A DNA stretch of 64,000 bases from Alphaproteobacteria bacterium (GTDB lineage Bacteria; Pseudomonadota; Alphaproteobacteria; Rickettsiales; UBA8987): assembly GCA_030429625.1 (NCBI GenBank), contig JAUIFA010000003.1, forward strand, positions 278,734 to 342,733, read 5' to 3'. Made by a program: the position numbers and the translations under genes. The number at the start of each line of letters is the position of its first letter. The stretch's first letter is position 1. Shown in pieces: positions 48,254 to 57,535 of this stretch. Under the pieces are notes generated by a model. It did no database searches. It was not told where the DNA came from and saw only the letters and a list, made by a program, of their open reading frames with translations.

Positions 48254-48584
48254 AATCTTTCTGAAACCCAGAAGAGATTCTGGCGTTTCGACAGAGCGGT
48301 ATCGATCTATCCTTGTTGATGGTAGCCAAACAACCCCTGTGGAAGTTTGCTATGTTGACGAGGACGGAATTGAGTGCTCCTATATTCACCCGTGCGGCCT
48401 GTTTGACTTTGTCTTCCCAGACAAGAGAATTGAGGTTGTCAATGGGCTGAATGAGGTTCTTATTTCCCATCCGGAAGGAGAGGAGGTAAAGATACGCCTA
48501 AACACAGGCGAGGAGTACAAGCATCTGATTACCCTGGAAAAATTCACCATCAAGGTGAGTCAGGGATTTAGGTTACGGAGATGA
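48246..48584 (+). CDS. Hypothetical small protein
   Basis: 112 aa, soluble and beta-rich. It overlaps the previous ORF by 8 nt. No recognisable motif. Confidence 0.6.
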   Translation: MAKIFLKPRRDSGVSTERYRSILVDGSQTTPVEVCYVDEDGIECSYIHPCGLFDFVFPDKRIEVVNGLNEVLISHPEGEEVKIRLNTGEEYKHLITLEKFTIKVSQGFRLRR

Positions 48585-48622
48585 AAGGGCGAAGGAAGGT
48601 CAGTCCTGAGACTGAAGAAGTC

Positions 48623-48659
48623 AAAAAACGGGGGAGGCGCAAGCCCCTCCCGTTTTTTT
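48623..48659. terminator. Bidirectional rho-independent terminator
   Basis: AAAAAACG-GGGAGG-cgcaagcc-CCTCCC-GTTTTTTT lies between the convergent 48246..48584 gene (+) and ahcY (-). An A-run precedes the hairpin and a T-run follows it. Confidence 0.8.
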
Positions 48660-48670
48660 ATGTCCAAATT

Positions 48671-49987
48671 CTAATAACGGTAATGGTCTGGCTTATAAGG
48701 CCCATCCACATCCACCCCAATATAGTCCGCTTGGTCTTTTGTTAATGTGGTTAATTTTACTCCAAGTTTTTTAAGATGGAGACGGGCAACTTTCTCATCA
48801 AGCTTCTTGGGCAACATGTAGACTTTATTTTCATAGTCCCCTGAATTTTTCCACAGCTCAATCTGAGCCATCACTTGGTTAGTAAAGGAATTACTCATCA
48901 CAAAAGCAGGATGTCCCGTAGCACAACCGAGATTTACTAAGCGTCCTTCAGCCAGAAGGATAATACGGTTGCCACTTGGGAAGGTAATCTCATCCACTTG
49001 CGCTTTAATATTGTTCCACTGACAGTCTTTAACCGAAGCCACATCAATTTCCGTATCAAAATGCCCAATATTGCAGACAATCGCACGGTCTTTCATCACT
49101 TCCATATGTTTACGAGTGATGATGTCTTTATTGCCTGTAGTGGTAACGAAAATATCCCCTTGTGGTGCTGCGTCTTCCATCGTCACAACTTCATAGCCTT
49201 CCATAGAGGCTTGTAGGGCGTTGATTGGATCAATTTCTGTGACCAAAACCCGTGCGCCTTGCCCACGCAACGAAGCCGCACAACCTTTACCCACATCACC
49301 GTAACCCGCAACCACACCAACTTTACCGGCAATCATCACGTCCGTCGCCCGCTTGATACCGTCCAGAAAGCTTTCACGACAGCCATATAGATTATCAAAC
49401 TTAGATTTAGTCACTGAATCGTTCACATTAATCGCTGGAATTTTAAGCTTCCCAGATTTTTGCAAACGCACAAGTTCTTTTACACCGGTGGTGGTTTCTT
49501 CCGAAACACCTTTGATGTCATTAAGTAGTTGAGGGTATTTATTGTGGACCATGGCTGTCAAATCTCCACCATCGTCCAACAACATATTAGGTTTCCAGCC
49601 TTCGGCCGCGATGGTTTGTTCAATACACCACTCATATTCTTCTTCGCTTTCACCTTTCCAAGCAAACACCGGCACACCTGTTGCTGCAATGGCCGCAGCT
49701 GCTGCGTCATGGGTAGAGAAAATATTACAGGACGACCAACGCACATTTGCTCCTAAGCAAGTCAACGTTTCAATCAGCACTGCGGTTTCTACCGTCATGT
49801 GCAAACAGCCTATAATGTTTGCACCTCTTAGCGGTTTGCTTTGCCCATATTCTTCGCGTAATGCCATAAGACCTGGCATTTCGGTCTCTGCCAGAGAGAT
49901 CGCTTTACGCCCCGATTGAGCCAATGATATATCTGCTACTTTATAATCTTGTGAATTTCCTAAGTCTTTTGCTGTATTTATCGTCAT
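48671..49987 (-). CDS. ahcY: Adenosylhomocysteinase
   Basis: 438 aa with the NAD-binding motif [12 protein letters not shown] and conserved SAHH blocks ([17 protein letters not shown]). Confidence 0.95.
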   Translation of the reverse strand: MTINTAKDLGNSQDYKVADISLAQSGRKAISLAETEMPGLMALREEYGQSKPLRGANIIGCLHMTVETAVLIETLTCLGANVRWSSCNIFSTHDAAAAAIAATGVPVFAWKGESEEEYEWCIEQTIAAEGWKPNMLLDDGGDLTAMVHNKYPQLLNDIKGVSEETTTGVKELVRLQKSGKLKIPAINVNDSVTKSKFDNLYGCRESFLDGIKRATDVMIAGKVGVVAGYGDVGKGCAASLRGQGARVLVTEIDPINALQASMEGYEVVTMEDAAPQGDIFVTTTGNKDIITRKHMEVMKDRAIVCNIGHFDTEIDVASVKDCQWNNIKAQVDEITFPSGNRIILLAEGRLVNLGCATGHPAFVMSNSFTNQVMAQIELWKNSGDYENKVYMLPKKLDEKVARLHLKKLGVKLTTLTKDQADYIGVDVDGPYKPDHYRY

Positions 49988-50098
49988 TTTTATAGTATCC
50001 TCATTACGTTATGGAAGATATCCTCCTATCTCCATGTGACATATATAATGTACTATTTGGAGGTTGGTTGCAAATATAATTATAGGAACAACATCACA

Positions 50099-50542
50099 AT
50101 GCTTTCTCAAAGACGTTTAATAGATCGATTAGAATCTTATTGGGAAAAATTAAAAGGAGGAGACGAGTTACCTAAAATACAAAAAGTTACTGGCAATGCT
50201 TTGGACGACATTTGGCAAAGCTGCTTCATTTTAGAAATACATTCCTCAGGGAAGTCTGCTATGTATAAATTTGATTTCTTTGGGGCAGACATTACAAAAG
50301 CGTATGGCAAAGATATGTCAAAACAATATGTTTCCCCCAACATAATGTCACTTCCCGGTGCAAAAGTGCTTGAAAAGGTGAAAGAATCTATTAAAAACAA
50401 AATACCTTATAGTGAAGACGGTACGTTTGTAAATGTTGAAAATAAAACCGTAAAATTTCGTAGTTGTATTTTGCCTTTTTCTCGAAAAAATGATGGCAGA
50501 GTTTCGCATATTTTGGTTGGACTCTCATGGCGTAAATTTTAA
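50099..50542 (+). CDS. PAS_5-like (PF07310-type) small cytoplasmic protein
   Basis: The likely start MLSQRRLIDRLESYWEKLKGGDELPKIQ... is at 50099. The track ORF starts at a GTG at 50036. The N-terminal pattern is typical of alphaproteobacterial single-domain PAS_5 proteins. Confidence 0.6.
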   Translation: MLSQRRLIDRLESYWEKLKGGDELPKIQKVTGNALDDIWQSCFILEIHSSGKSAMYKFDFFGADITKAYGKDMSKQYVSPNIMSLPGAKVLEKVKESIKNKIPYSEDGTFVNVENKTVKFRSCILPFSRKNDGRVSHILVGLSWRKF

Positions 50543-50573
50543 AACACAGATATAACACAAGAGTATAAACATA

Positions 50574-51767
50574 ATGAAAAAAGAAACTTTATTAACTCAT
50601 TCAGGGCGTGATCCTTTTAATCATTCTGGTGCGGTGAATGTGCCTATCAGCCAAACATCTACCATACTATTTCCCTCAGCAGAGGAATATCATAATGCTG
50701 AAAAGGGCAAGAGTTGTTACCCAGCAGCCCAGAAATCTGGCGTTTCTGACCCTAGCTATGGGACATCTGGCACGCCCACAAATTTTGCCCTACAGGATGC
50801 TTTATGCGCATTGGAGCAGGGGGATTATTGTGCATTGACCTCCTCAGGGCTTTCCGCGATCACCCATGCCTTAAGTGCTTTTCTTAGTGCTGGTGACCAC
50901 CTGTTAATGGTGGATACGGCTTATGGTCCCACAAGACGTTTTTGTCATAATGATTTAAAAAAATATGGGGTGGAAATAACTTATTATGATCCCCACATCG
51001 GCAAAGACATTGCTTCCTTGATACAAAAAAATACCAAAGTCATCTTTATGGAAAGCCCGGGGTCACTAACTTTTGAAGTGCAAGATGTCCCCGCCATTGT
51101 TGCCGTGGCAAAAAAACATAACATTGTGACCATGATTGATAACAGTTGGGCTACGCCATTGTTCTTTCAACCGCTTTCACTTGGGGTAGATATTTCCATT
51201 CAGGCGGTTACCAAATATATCAATGGCCATTCGGATGTCTTGATGGGCGCTATCATCACCAAAGGCACGTCTGCAAGTAACATCATCGCCAAAGAGATTC
51301 GTTATCGTGGTGCCTGTAACAGTGCCTTTGACTGTTACCTAGCCTTACGTGGTTTGCGCTCTCTTGCGGCAAGAATGAACGCGCATCAGGCAAACACAAA
51401 AAAGGTAGTTGACTGGATAGAAAATATACCTCAGGTCAAAGAAATTATGTATCCCGCCCACAAAAAGTCACCGGATTATGCCTTGTGGAAAAAACAATTT
51501 ACCGGAGCAGCAAGTTTATTCAGTGTTGTTTTGGATAAAAAATATAGTCAAAAAACATTGTATAAATTTATGGATTCACTAAAGTTTTTTGGCATTGGTG
51601 CTTCGTGGGGTGGGTATGAAAGCTTGGTTTTAGATTTTGACCCCAAGCCTGTCCGCAGTGCAACACAATGGACAGAAGACAATAGTTGTGTACGTTTTTA
51701 TATTGGCTTGGAAAGCCCAGAAGACCTCATTATTGACCTAGAAAAAGCCTTTAAAGTACTGAAATAA
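50574..51767 (+). CDS. metC: Cystathionine beta-lyase (PLP-dependent Cys/Met metabolism family)
   Basis: 397 aa. N-terminus TLLTHSGRDP...GAVNVPISQTSTILF and PLP-lysine context TKYINGHSDV. Confidence 0.8.
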   Translation: MKKETLLTHSGRDPFNHSGAVNVPISQTSTILFPSAEEYHNAEKGKSCYPAAQKSGVSDPSYGTSGTPTNFALQDALCALEQGDYCALTSSGLSAITHALSAFLSAGDHLLMVDTAYGPTRRFCHNDLKKYGVEITYYDPHIGKDIASLIQKNTKVIFMESPGSLTFEVQDVPAIVAVAKKHNIVTMIDNSWATPLFFQPLSLGVDISIQAVTKYINGHSDVLMGAIITKGTSASNIIAKEIRYRGACNSAFDCYLALRGLRSLAARMNAHQANTKKVVDWIENIPQVKEIMYPAHKKSPDYALWKKQFTGAASLFSVVLDKKYSQKTLYKFMDSLKFFGIGASWGGYESLVLDFDPKPVRSATQWTEDNSCVRFYIGLESPEDLIIDLEKAFKVLK

Positions 51768-51800
51768 AAGAACCCCCTTACATGAAGAAGGGGGTTCTTA
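51768..51800. terminator. Strong hairpin between convergent metC and flgE (putative bidirectional terminator)
   Basis: AAGAACCCCCTT-acatgaag-AAGGGGGTTCTT, a 12-bp perfect stem. The flanking T/A tracts are weak. Confidence 0.6.
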
Positions 51801-51827
51801 GCTAACTAACTCTGAATAATATAAGTA

Positions 51828-53981
51828 TTAAATTCGGTTTAACTCATCCAACAGCTCATCTGCCGTAGTGATGATTTTTGTGTTGGCCTGGAATGCCCTC
51901 TGAGCAACAATAATTTTGGTTAGCTCATCGGCCAGCTCCACATTTGCCCCTTCAAGTGCCGAAGCTGAAATCACCCCCACACCAGAATCACCCGGTACGT
52001 TTAGTGAGAAGTCACCTGATTTATCACTTGCCGCATACACATTACCTGCTTTTGGTGTGAGTCCGTTCACATTGGGGAAAGAGGCCAAAGGAATTTTAAA
52101 CACATTACGAGATTGCCCGTTGGTAAAGTTTGCCACCACAAAACCTTCTTCTGTGATTTCAATTGAACTCAAAAGACCAGAGCCTGCACCATTTTGTTCA
52201 GCAAATTGTACTGTATATGGGCCATTAAATTGGCTTAAGCCATCGGTCAAACCAGTTGTGGCCGCATTTTCTTGCGAAGCAGGAGCACCCGCCGTACCCA
52301 AATCAAGGGTAATTTCTAGAGCTTCCGCACCGTTTGTCCACACAGGAGTAAAGCCGGTTGTCAGTGTATTACTTACACTGTTTAACGTACCGTCACCGTT
52401 AAACTGGATGGTTCCCACTGCAAGCTGGCCATCTACCAAACCTGACTGTTGTTCAATCTCCGTTTCATCTGCAACATATACTTCCACAAGCCACGTATTA
52501 TCCGCCGCTTTGGCAAAGCTGATCCGCAAATCATGCCCTGTTCCTTGTCCATCATATACCCGAATGTTACGACTGAATGACGGAGATATATTACCCGATG
52601 CCATATTGTCACCTGTGGCGCCGGTAGGATCATACGTAGGATCAAACGTAGTAGAGGATAGACCAAATTCTGCAATCATATCACCAGTGTTTCCTGCCGC
52701 ATCATCAAAAGTAATAGTGGTTAATGGATTGTTAACTGTAATAGTTAAATTTGAGTCACTCGCCGCACTACCAACAGAAGAGGAAAGTTCTAGGTTTGTT
52801 TGATTATCTACCAATGTCGCCAAACCACTCATGCTGTTAAACCGGTTAGTCGATACGGAAGCAACAGCATTAAAATCACTGTCCGTTGTACTAAAAGAAT
52901 CATTAGCAATCATGGTACCCGTCACGTCTGCAAAGGCAAGACTACCCCGCGCATCCGTAGCCGATACCATCAGCCTACCATCAACCACCGTAGCAGAAAG
53001 AGCCGCTGTGGCATCAATGGCTGCCGCCAATGAATTCAGACTGTTAAACGTACCAAGCTGGGCATTGGCACTGGCCGTATTAAAGGTAAACGTGTTGACC
53101 ACTGTACCCAAAGCCTCAGTTACGGAAGTAATCGTAAAGGCATCATCATCCGAAAGGCGAAGAGGGCTACCTGCTGTGGCTGTTGTGTTTTCACTGAACA
53201 CCCCCGCGGCGGTAGAAGAACCCATAATACTGTTGACCGTAATTTTATCCGAGCGTGCATAACCACCATAAACAAAACTATGTACCACACCAGTTCCCAA
53301 AGTTACTTCCAATGTTTCGTCTCTAACAAGATTAGCATTAGGGCCTAAAATATCGTCCGCGGCCGCATCGGAGTTAATAGACGTAGTAATGGGTTCTGCT
53401 GTATCACCTGCACCGGTTAAAATATCTTGTCCTGCATTAAGGTTCATTCCAAGTGCAATCGAGGAGGTTGCAAACGCCAGACCCGAAATATCACGGGTAT
53501 TCACCGTTTCTAAAGATTCCAATAGCTGGGAAGAGGTGGTGTTCGCATTGCCAATTTCACCTGGCAACCTTCCTTCATTGTCCAAAGGATAGCCACGCAG
53601 CGCAAAACCTGCCGAATTAACAAAATTACCCTTATCATCCTGACGGAATGAACCCGCACGTGTATAAAAAATTTCAGGACTTTCTGAATTAGGATCATCC
53701 GTAACCACGAAGAAACCCTGCCCAGAAATAGCAATATCCGTAGCAATACCTGTGGATTGGATAATACCCTGTTGATCCACCGCAATACGTGTGGAAGCTG
53801 TTGCACCAGACCCGATACCACCCGAGGCCAGATCACCGGTTACAAGAGAAGAAAATGTTGTGTTCCCCGCTTTAAAACCAATGGTGCTAATGTTAGCGAT
53901 GTTATCACCGAGTACGCCAAGTACGCTACCCTGTGAATTTAGACCGGACACGCCGGCAAATAATGAGCTTGTTAGTGACAT
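51828..53981 (-). CDS. flgE: Flagellar hook protein FlgE (long form)
   Basis: 717 aa. N-terminus MSLTSSLFAGVSGLNSQ...NIANISTIGFK and C-terminus VELADELTKIIVAQRAFQANTKIITTADELLDELNRI. A large Thr/Ser/Ala/Asn/Gly-rich central insert. Confidence 0.9.
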   Translation of the reverse strand: MSLTSSLFAGVSGLNSQGSVLGVLGDNIANISTIGFKAGNTTFSSLVTGDLASGGIGSGATASTRIAVDQQGIIQSTGIATDIAISGQGFFVVTDDPNSESPEIFYTRAGSFRQDDKGNFVNSAGFALRGYPLDNEGRLPGEIGNANTTSSQLLESLETVNTRDISGLAFATSSIALGMNLNAGQDILTGAGDTAEPITTSINSDAAADDILGPNANLVRDETLEVTLGTGVVHSFVYGGYARSDKITVNSIMGSSTAAGVFSENTTATAGSPLRLSDDDAFTITSVTEALGTVVNTFTFNTASANAQLGTFNSLNSLAAAIDATAALSATVVDGRLMVSATDARGSLAFADVTGTMIANDSFSTTDSDFNAVASVSTNRFNSMSGLATLVDNQTNLELSSSVGSAASDSNLTITVNNPLTTITFDDAAGNTGDMIAEFGLSSTTFDPTYDPTGATGDNMASGNISPSFSRNIRVYDGQGTGHDLRISFAKAADNTWLVEVYVADETEIEQQSGLVDGQLAVGTIQFNGDGTLNSVSNTLTTGFTPVWTNGAEALEITLDLGTAGAPASQENAATTGLTDGLSQFNGPYTVQFAEQNGAGSGLLSSIEITEEGFVVANFTNGQSRNVFKIPLASFPNVNGLTPKAGNVYAASDKSGDFSLNVPGDSGVGVISASALEGANVELADELTKIIVAQRAFQANTKIITTADELLDELNRI

Positions 53982-53990
53982 AATACCCTC

Positions 53991-54659
53991 CTATGCTTCT
54001 CCAATAAATGTAACATTTTCTAGTGGAATAAGACTTCCATTGACTTCCAAAACTGGATCTCCCTCTAGACTTATACCATCCACACGACCTTTAACGATCG
54101 TAGGAATTTGTTCTAAATTACCGCTCTGGTCACGAATGGCGACCCGAACAATATAGTAACCCGGATCAACATACTCTCCTTCGGAGTCTGTTCCATCCCA
54201 AGTAATGTTGTTATTTCCAGCATCGTTGATTCCTCCGCCACTGAAAACTAACTGTCCATCAAGATTGTAAATACTAACAATAGATTCACGTGCTGGTTCA
54301 TCAAGATAATAGCGGAAGGAAACATTGCCTGGGGATTCTTCTAAACGTACCGAATCGCCTTCCACTTCCACATATTTTCCACTGTAAGAAACCAGATTAG
54401 AATTACTGTTTTGCGTAAATAAATCTACAATGTTTTCAAGATTTTTGTTGGTCTGTACCGATTGTTCTACCGTACTAAATTGTGCAATTTGGGCGGTAAA
54501 GTCACTAGAATCTTGTGGTTCAAGTGGGTCTTGATTTTCTAACTGGGTTACAAAAATTGTTAGAAAATTCTCAAAATCCGCAGAAAATTTACTTAAAGCA
54601 TTGTCTGCCTTGCTAGAAGGCGAGGATAAATCCGTTCCTGTTGTTACTGCACTTACCAT
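53991..54659 (-). CDS. flgD: Flagellar hook assembly (capping) protein FlgD
   Basis: 222 aa with the FlgD signature FLTIFVTQLENQDPLEPQD and a C-terminal FlgD Ig-like domain. Confidence 0.9.
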   Translation of the reverse strand: MVSAVTTGTDLSSPSSKADNALSKFSADFENFLTIFVTQLENQDPLEPQDSSDFTAQIAQFSTVEQSVQTNKNLENIVDLFTQNSNSNLVSYSGKYVEVEGDSVRLEESPGNVSFRYYLDEPARESIVSIYNLDGQLVFSGGGINDAGNNNITWDGTDSEGEYVDPGYYIVRVAIRDQSGNLEQIPTIVKGRVDGISLEGDPVLEVNGSLIPLENVTFIGEA

Positions 54660-54683
54660 CTCATATACCTCTCTCTTTGTCTC

Positions 54684-56048
54684 CTAAGCTAAAATATTAA
54701 GTGCCTGATTGCTCTGATATGTCAGTTGCGCTCCGGCTACTTTTAATAAGTCTTCATCAATGCTCTCCCCATTGATTGAACTTATATTTTGATAGGCTTT
54801 GTTGCGTTCATGCGCAAATTGCTGTGCGCTCTGATCTTTTAAGCCAAATTCAAGGCTCCCCGCATCGGCTTGTAATCCAGCATTTTTAAGGGCTTGTTCC
54901 AACGCGCGTGAATCGCCTTTTAACATATCTAATGTTTCATTTTTATCTGCCAACACCATCACATGCGCTTTCCCATCAGCATTAACATCAATCTGAACAT
55001 GGACTTTACCTAAATGGGCAGGTTCAAGGTGGATTTCAATCTTATTGGCTCCGGTCTGAACTGTTTGCGCTATTTTAACGCTAATTTGCTCAGCAGGTGT
55101 TTGTAGCGAGGTGCTAGAAACACGAGGTAACACTTCACCACTCTTAATCTGATCCGAAATATTGTGAGTCATCTGCCCAACATGCAGATGATTCTGACTT
55201 TGATCACCGTTTAAATTATTAGCATTTATTTGACCAAAGAATTGCTTCATAGCCGCTTCACTATCAGTTGTGAAAAGTGATTGACCTAAGGAGGAAGAGC
55301 TAGCGGAACGGCTATGAATAGGGTTGACTTGTATGTTTTCTTTTACAAGTTTCATTTCGTCACTGGTTTTGCTGGCAATGGCAGCAAGCTGGTTATTTTT
55401 TGCCTTTTCAACCGGATCTTTAGGCGTTAATTGTGCCAATTGTGCGTCGGTTAAGCCGGAATTATTTTGTTGGTTATTTTGCAGATTATTGCTAGCAATT
55501 TTTGCCGCTTCCAGCGCAAGATTATTCTGCTGTGGAGCGTTGGCAATTCTTGCCACAATGTCCTGAATAGGCTGATTGCTAATGTCATCTCTGGTTTTAA
55601 TTGGCTGTGCCGTAAGATTTTTAACAATCTCACCATTCTTGACATTCTCTGTATTAAGGTTTGTCTGTCCCAGTACGGCATGATTAACTTTAGTATCTGC
55701 ATTAGGAATAAGAACTTTCGCTCCCACCAATGCGTCAAGTGAAATACCGTATTTTTCCAGAACATCTAAGGTAACTTCCTGTCCAGTTTCCAACCCATCA
55801 ACAAGAGCCGCAAGCTCTGGCGTCACCGTAACAATATTTTCAGACAGTAGCTGAGAGAAGCTTCTTTGTGAATTTCCATTCTCTACGGCTGGATTGGTTC
55901 CAACATTACCATTCTTTTGTATATTATTACCAACATTGGAGGGGTTATTGCTTTTGGAAGCCCCCCCTATAGTCGCATTGTTAGCCGGTGCCGTGCTATT
56001 GCTAGCAGGAGCACTCGGCTGAATCAATGTGGTTGGTATAAATGCCAT
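54684..56048 (-). CDS. fliK: Flagellar hook-length control protein FliK
   Basis: 454 aa. A low-complexity Asn/Gln/Ala-rich N-terminal region and a C-terminal Flg_hook domain (IEIHLEPAHLGKVHVQIDVN...). Positioned upstream of flgD-flgE. Confidence 0.8.
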   Translation of the reverse strand: MAFIPTTLIQPSAPASNSTAPANNATIGGASKSNNPSNVGNNIQKNGNVGTNPAVENGNSQRSFSQLLSENIVTVTPELAALVDGLETGQEVTLDVLEKYGISLDALVGAKVLIPNADTKVNHAVLGQTNLNTENVKNGEIVKNLTAQPIKTRDDISNQPIQDIVARIANAPQQNNLALEAAKIASNNLQNNQQNNSGLTDAQLAQLTPKDPVEKAKNNQLAAIASKTSDEMKLVKENIQVNPIHSRSASSSSLGQSLFTTDSEAAMKQFFGQINANNLNGDQSQNHLHVGQMTHNISDQIKSGEVLPRVSSTSLQTPAEQISVKIAQTVQTGANKIEIHLEPAHLGKVHVQIDVNADGKAHVMVLADKNETLDMLKGDSRALEQALKNAGLQADAGSLEFGLKDQSAQQFAHERNKAYQNISSINGESIDEDLLKVAGAQLTYQSNQALNILA

Positions 56049-56137
56049 ATCTAAAATTCTCTATTTAAACATCATAAAAATTTATTCTAATAAAACTGCT
56101 ATTCATAAAAATAACACTTTTATCCCACCAACAACTA

Positions 56138-56153
56138 TGCACAGTTCGTGCCA
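56138..56153 (-). promoter_or_regulatory. Sigma54 (-24/-12) promoter candidate for fliK-flgD-flgE
   Basis: The minus strand reads TGGCACG-AACT-GTGCA, against the consensus TGGCACG-N4-TTGCW. It lies about 90 nt upstream of the fliK ATG. Confidence 0.6.
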
Positions 56154-56286
56154 AAACTCTTTTATACTGATGTAATTATTATCTGAAGGGGATTACAGGA
56201 GTCATTAAAAATAAAATTATTGCCATTCACCGATCGCCAATAGGGTAATTTATGCCCAAATAACTAGGCAAATACTGCTATAAGTA

Positions 56287-56314
56287 GAAAAAGCAGACCC
56301 GGTTAGGGGCCTGC
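56287..56314 (-). terminator. Rho-independent terminator of the three-small-gene operon
   Basis: The minus strand reads GCAGGCCCC-taac-CGGGTCTGC followed by TTTTTC. It begins 26 nt after the stop at 56340. Confidence 0.7.
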
Positions 56315-56339
56315 TTTTCCAGTTGCGCTTTCTTCAAGC

Positions 56340-56642
56340 TTAATGAACAGAGACCTCAAGACCTTCTCCCATGATGACGATTCTCTTTGCGTTGTTTTGA
56401 CCCTGCAAAGAATAGTCAACATTGTGGAACGAGACTCCTCCGTTTTTCCGCCGGCCTTTCTGACGCACAGAAAGAACCAACTTTCTGTCATCACAGGAAA
56501 TGACTCGGCACTTCCCATTGATAACAAAGAGTCGTTCACGCGCAGAATTTCTGGCATTACAACTTTCTCCTGTTTGGGGATCAAGCCGCATTGTCAGGTA
56601 AAACCCATATATGCCAGAGCGTACAACAATGGTATTTTTCAT
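56340..56642 (-). CDS. Hypothetical small protein (third gene of orphan operon)
   Basis: 100 aa, beta-rich and basic (RQKGRRKNGG). This frame is preferred over the overlapping 56303..56584 and the antisense 56343..56690 because it leaves the terminator intact and has an AAAGGA RBS. Confidence 0.6.
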   Translation of the reverse strand: MKNTIVVRSGIYGFYLTMRLDPQTGESCNARNSARERLFVINGKCRVISCDDRKLVLSVRQKGRRKNGGVSFHNVDYSLQGQNNAKRIVIMGEGLEVSVH

Positions 56643-56676
56643 ACTATGCTGTCCTTTCTCTTAGCTAGACATCTGC

Positions 56677-57063
56677 CTAGGATTTTTTAGCCGTTTCTGA
56701 GAGTTTTTTAGCCATTTCTGGCTGCCCATCAATGATAATAGATGGACCGGAAAGGGTAATGATCCCTTCCTCAATTTCATCAACGACCACTCCTCCACCT
56801 TCGCTAAGGACTCGAAGCTCTTCACCGTGCTTACAGCTCACCTTAATAGTGATAGAGCCATTCTTCTCACGATAAATTCGCATTCCCTCTACATTGGTAA
56901 CAGAGAAGATGCGACTTAAGGCAGTGACCTCAGGATCACTCTCAGGCCGAAACCGAAAATCCAAGGACAACTTCCTTCCTTCCTGAGCAGAAGAAAAGAT
57001 GATTGTGGACTTCATCAGATTTGCATCTGAAAGCTTGATAAGCTTACTACCCGTAGTAGCCAT
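56677..57063 (-). CDS. Hypothetical small protein (second gene of orphan operon)
   Basis: 128 aa. Perfect RBS TAAGGAGG, 5 nt before the ATG. No signal peptide or TM segment and no recognisable motif. Confidence 0.7.
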   Translation of the reverse strand: MATTGSKLIKLSDANLMKSTIIFSSAQEGRKLSLDFRFRPESDPEVTALSRIFSVTNVEGMRIYREKNGSITIKVSCKHGEELRVLSEGGGVVVDEIEEGIITLSGPSIIIDGQPEMAKKLSETAKKS

Positions 57064-57073
57064 GATGTCCTCC

Positions 57074-57406
57074 TTAGATGATTCTGACTTTGAAAAAACC
57101 CGCCGTCGTCACTTCAGTACCAGACTCATCCTTGCAGGTGATACTGACTCCGGAATGTGACTTGACCATGTAAGACCCTTCTTCCATTCCCGAAAGAAAG
57201 AAATTGTGTCCGTCAGGTTTCACATCCAAATCAGAAGTTTCAAAACGGATGTTCTGCAAAGGTGTTCTCCTGAGAAAAACTTGCCCCTCAGAATTACTTA
57301 CCTCAACAAAACATTCATCCTCATACTCCCCTTTGACTGCAAGTCGAATAGCAGCAATACCACTATCACCAGCCATCAAAGGTTTCTTTAACAAGGAAAT
57401 AGCCAT
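57074..57406 (-). CDS. Hypothetical small protein (first gene of orphan operon)
   Basis: 110 aa with RBS GGAGG. It shares an identical 16-nt initiation region (GGAGGACATCATGGCT) with the next gene. Confidence 0.7.
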   Translation of the reverse strand: MAISLLKKPLMAGDSGIAAIRLAVKGEYEDECFVEVSNSEGQVFLRRTPLQNIRFETSDLDVKPDGHNFFLSGMEEGSYMVKSHSGVSITCKDESGTEVTTAGFFKVRII

Positions 57407-57535
57407 GATGTCCTCCAGATTTTTCTACCGAAGTAGGGTCTCTATCTGTCGTTTCTTTCATGTCCTTTCTTCAAGGCTTAGCAGAAGAGATTTCCTCTGC
57501 GAAGATTTTTATTTAAAAATCAATTTTCATCTTCC

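Noticed and set aside
49988-50098. SAH riboswitch upstream of ahcY, and SAM-II or other riboswitches near metC and cysI
   Set aside because: The leaders are short and I could not find the conserved SAH or SAM-II core sequences. No call is made.
51916-52803. 295-aa plus-strand ORF, together with 52831..53262
   Set aside because: Both are antisense shadows of the compositionally biased central region of flgE. Their translations are low-complexity Ser/Pro/Ala/Val sequence.
56340-56642. Possible PilZ-type c-di-GMP motif (RRxxx.. and DYSLQG) in the third small protein
   Set aside because: The arginine motif lacks the final Arg. The spacing to DxSxxG is only about 10 residues, and the motifs are near the C-terminus rather than the N-terminus. 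This does not fit PilZ.
56343-56690. 115-aa plus-strand ORF and the alternative 93-aa minus-strand ORF at 56303..56584
   Set aside because: Both overlap the preferred 56340..56642 frame. The plus-strand ORF would run into the G2 gene. The 93-aa frame would read through the terminator hairpin and lacks an RBS.
56340-57406. Elevated GC as evidence that the three-gene operon is foreign
   Set aside because: Hand counts of three 60-nt lines gave 42-52% GC, against 43% for one fliK line. This is not a convincing shift and needs a proper sliding-window calculation.
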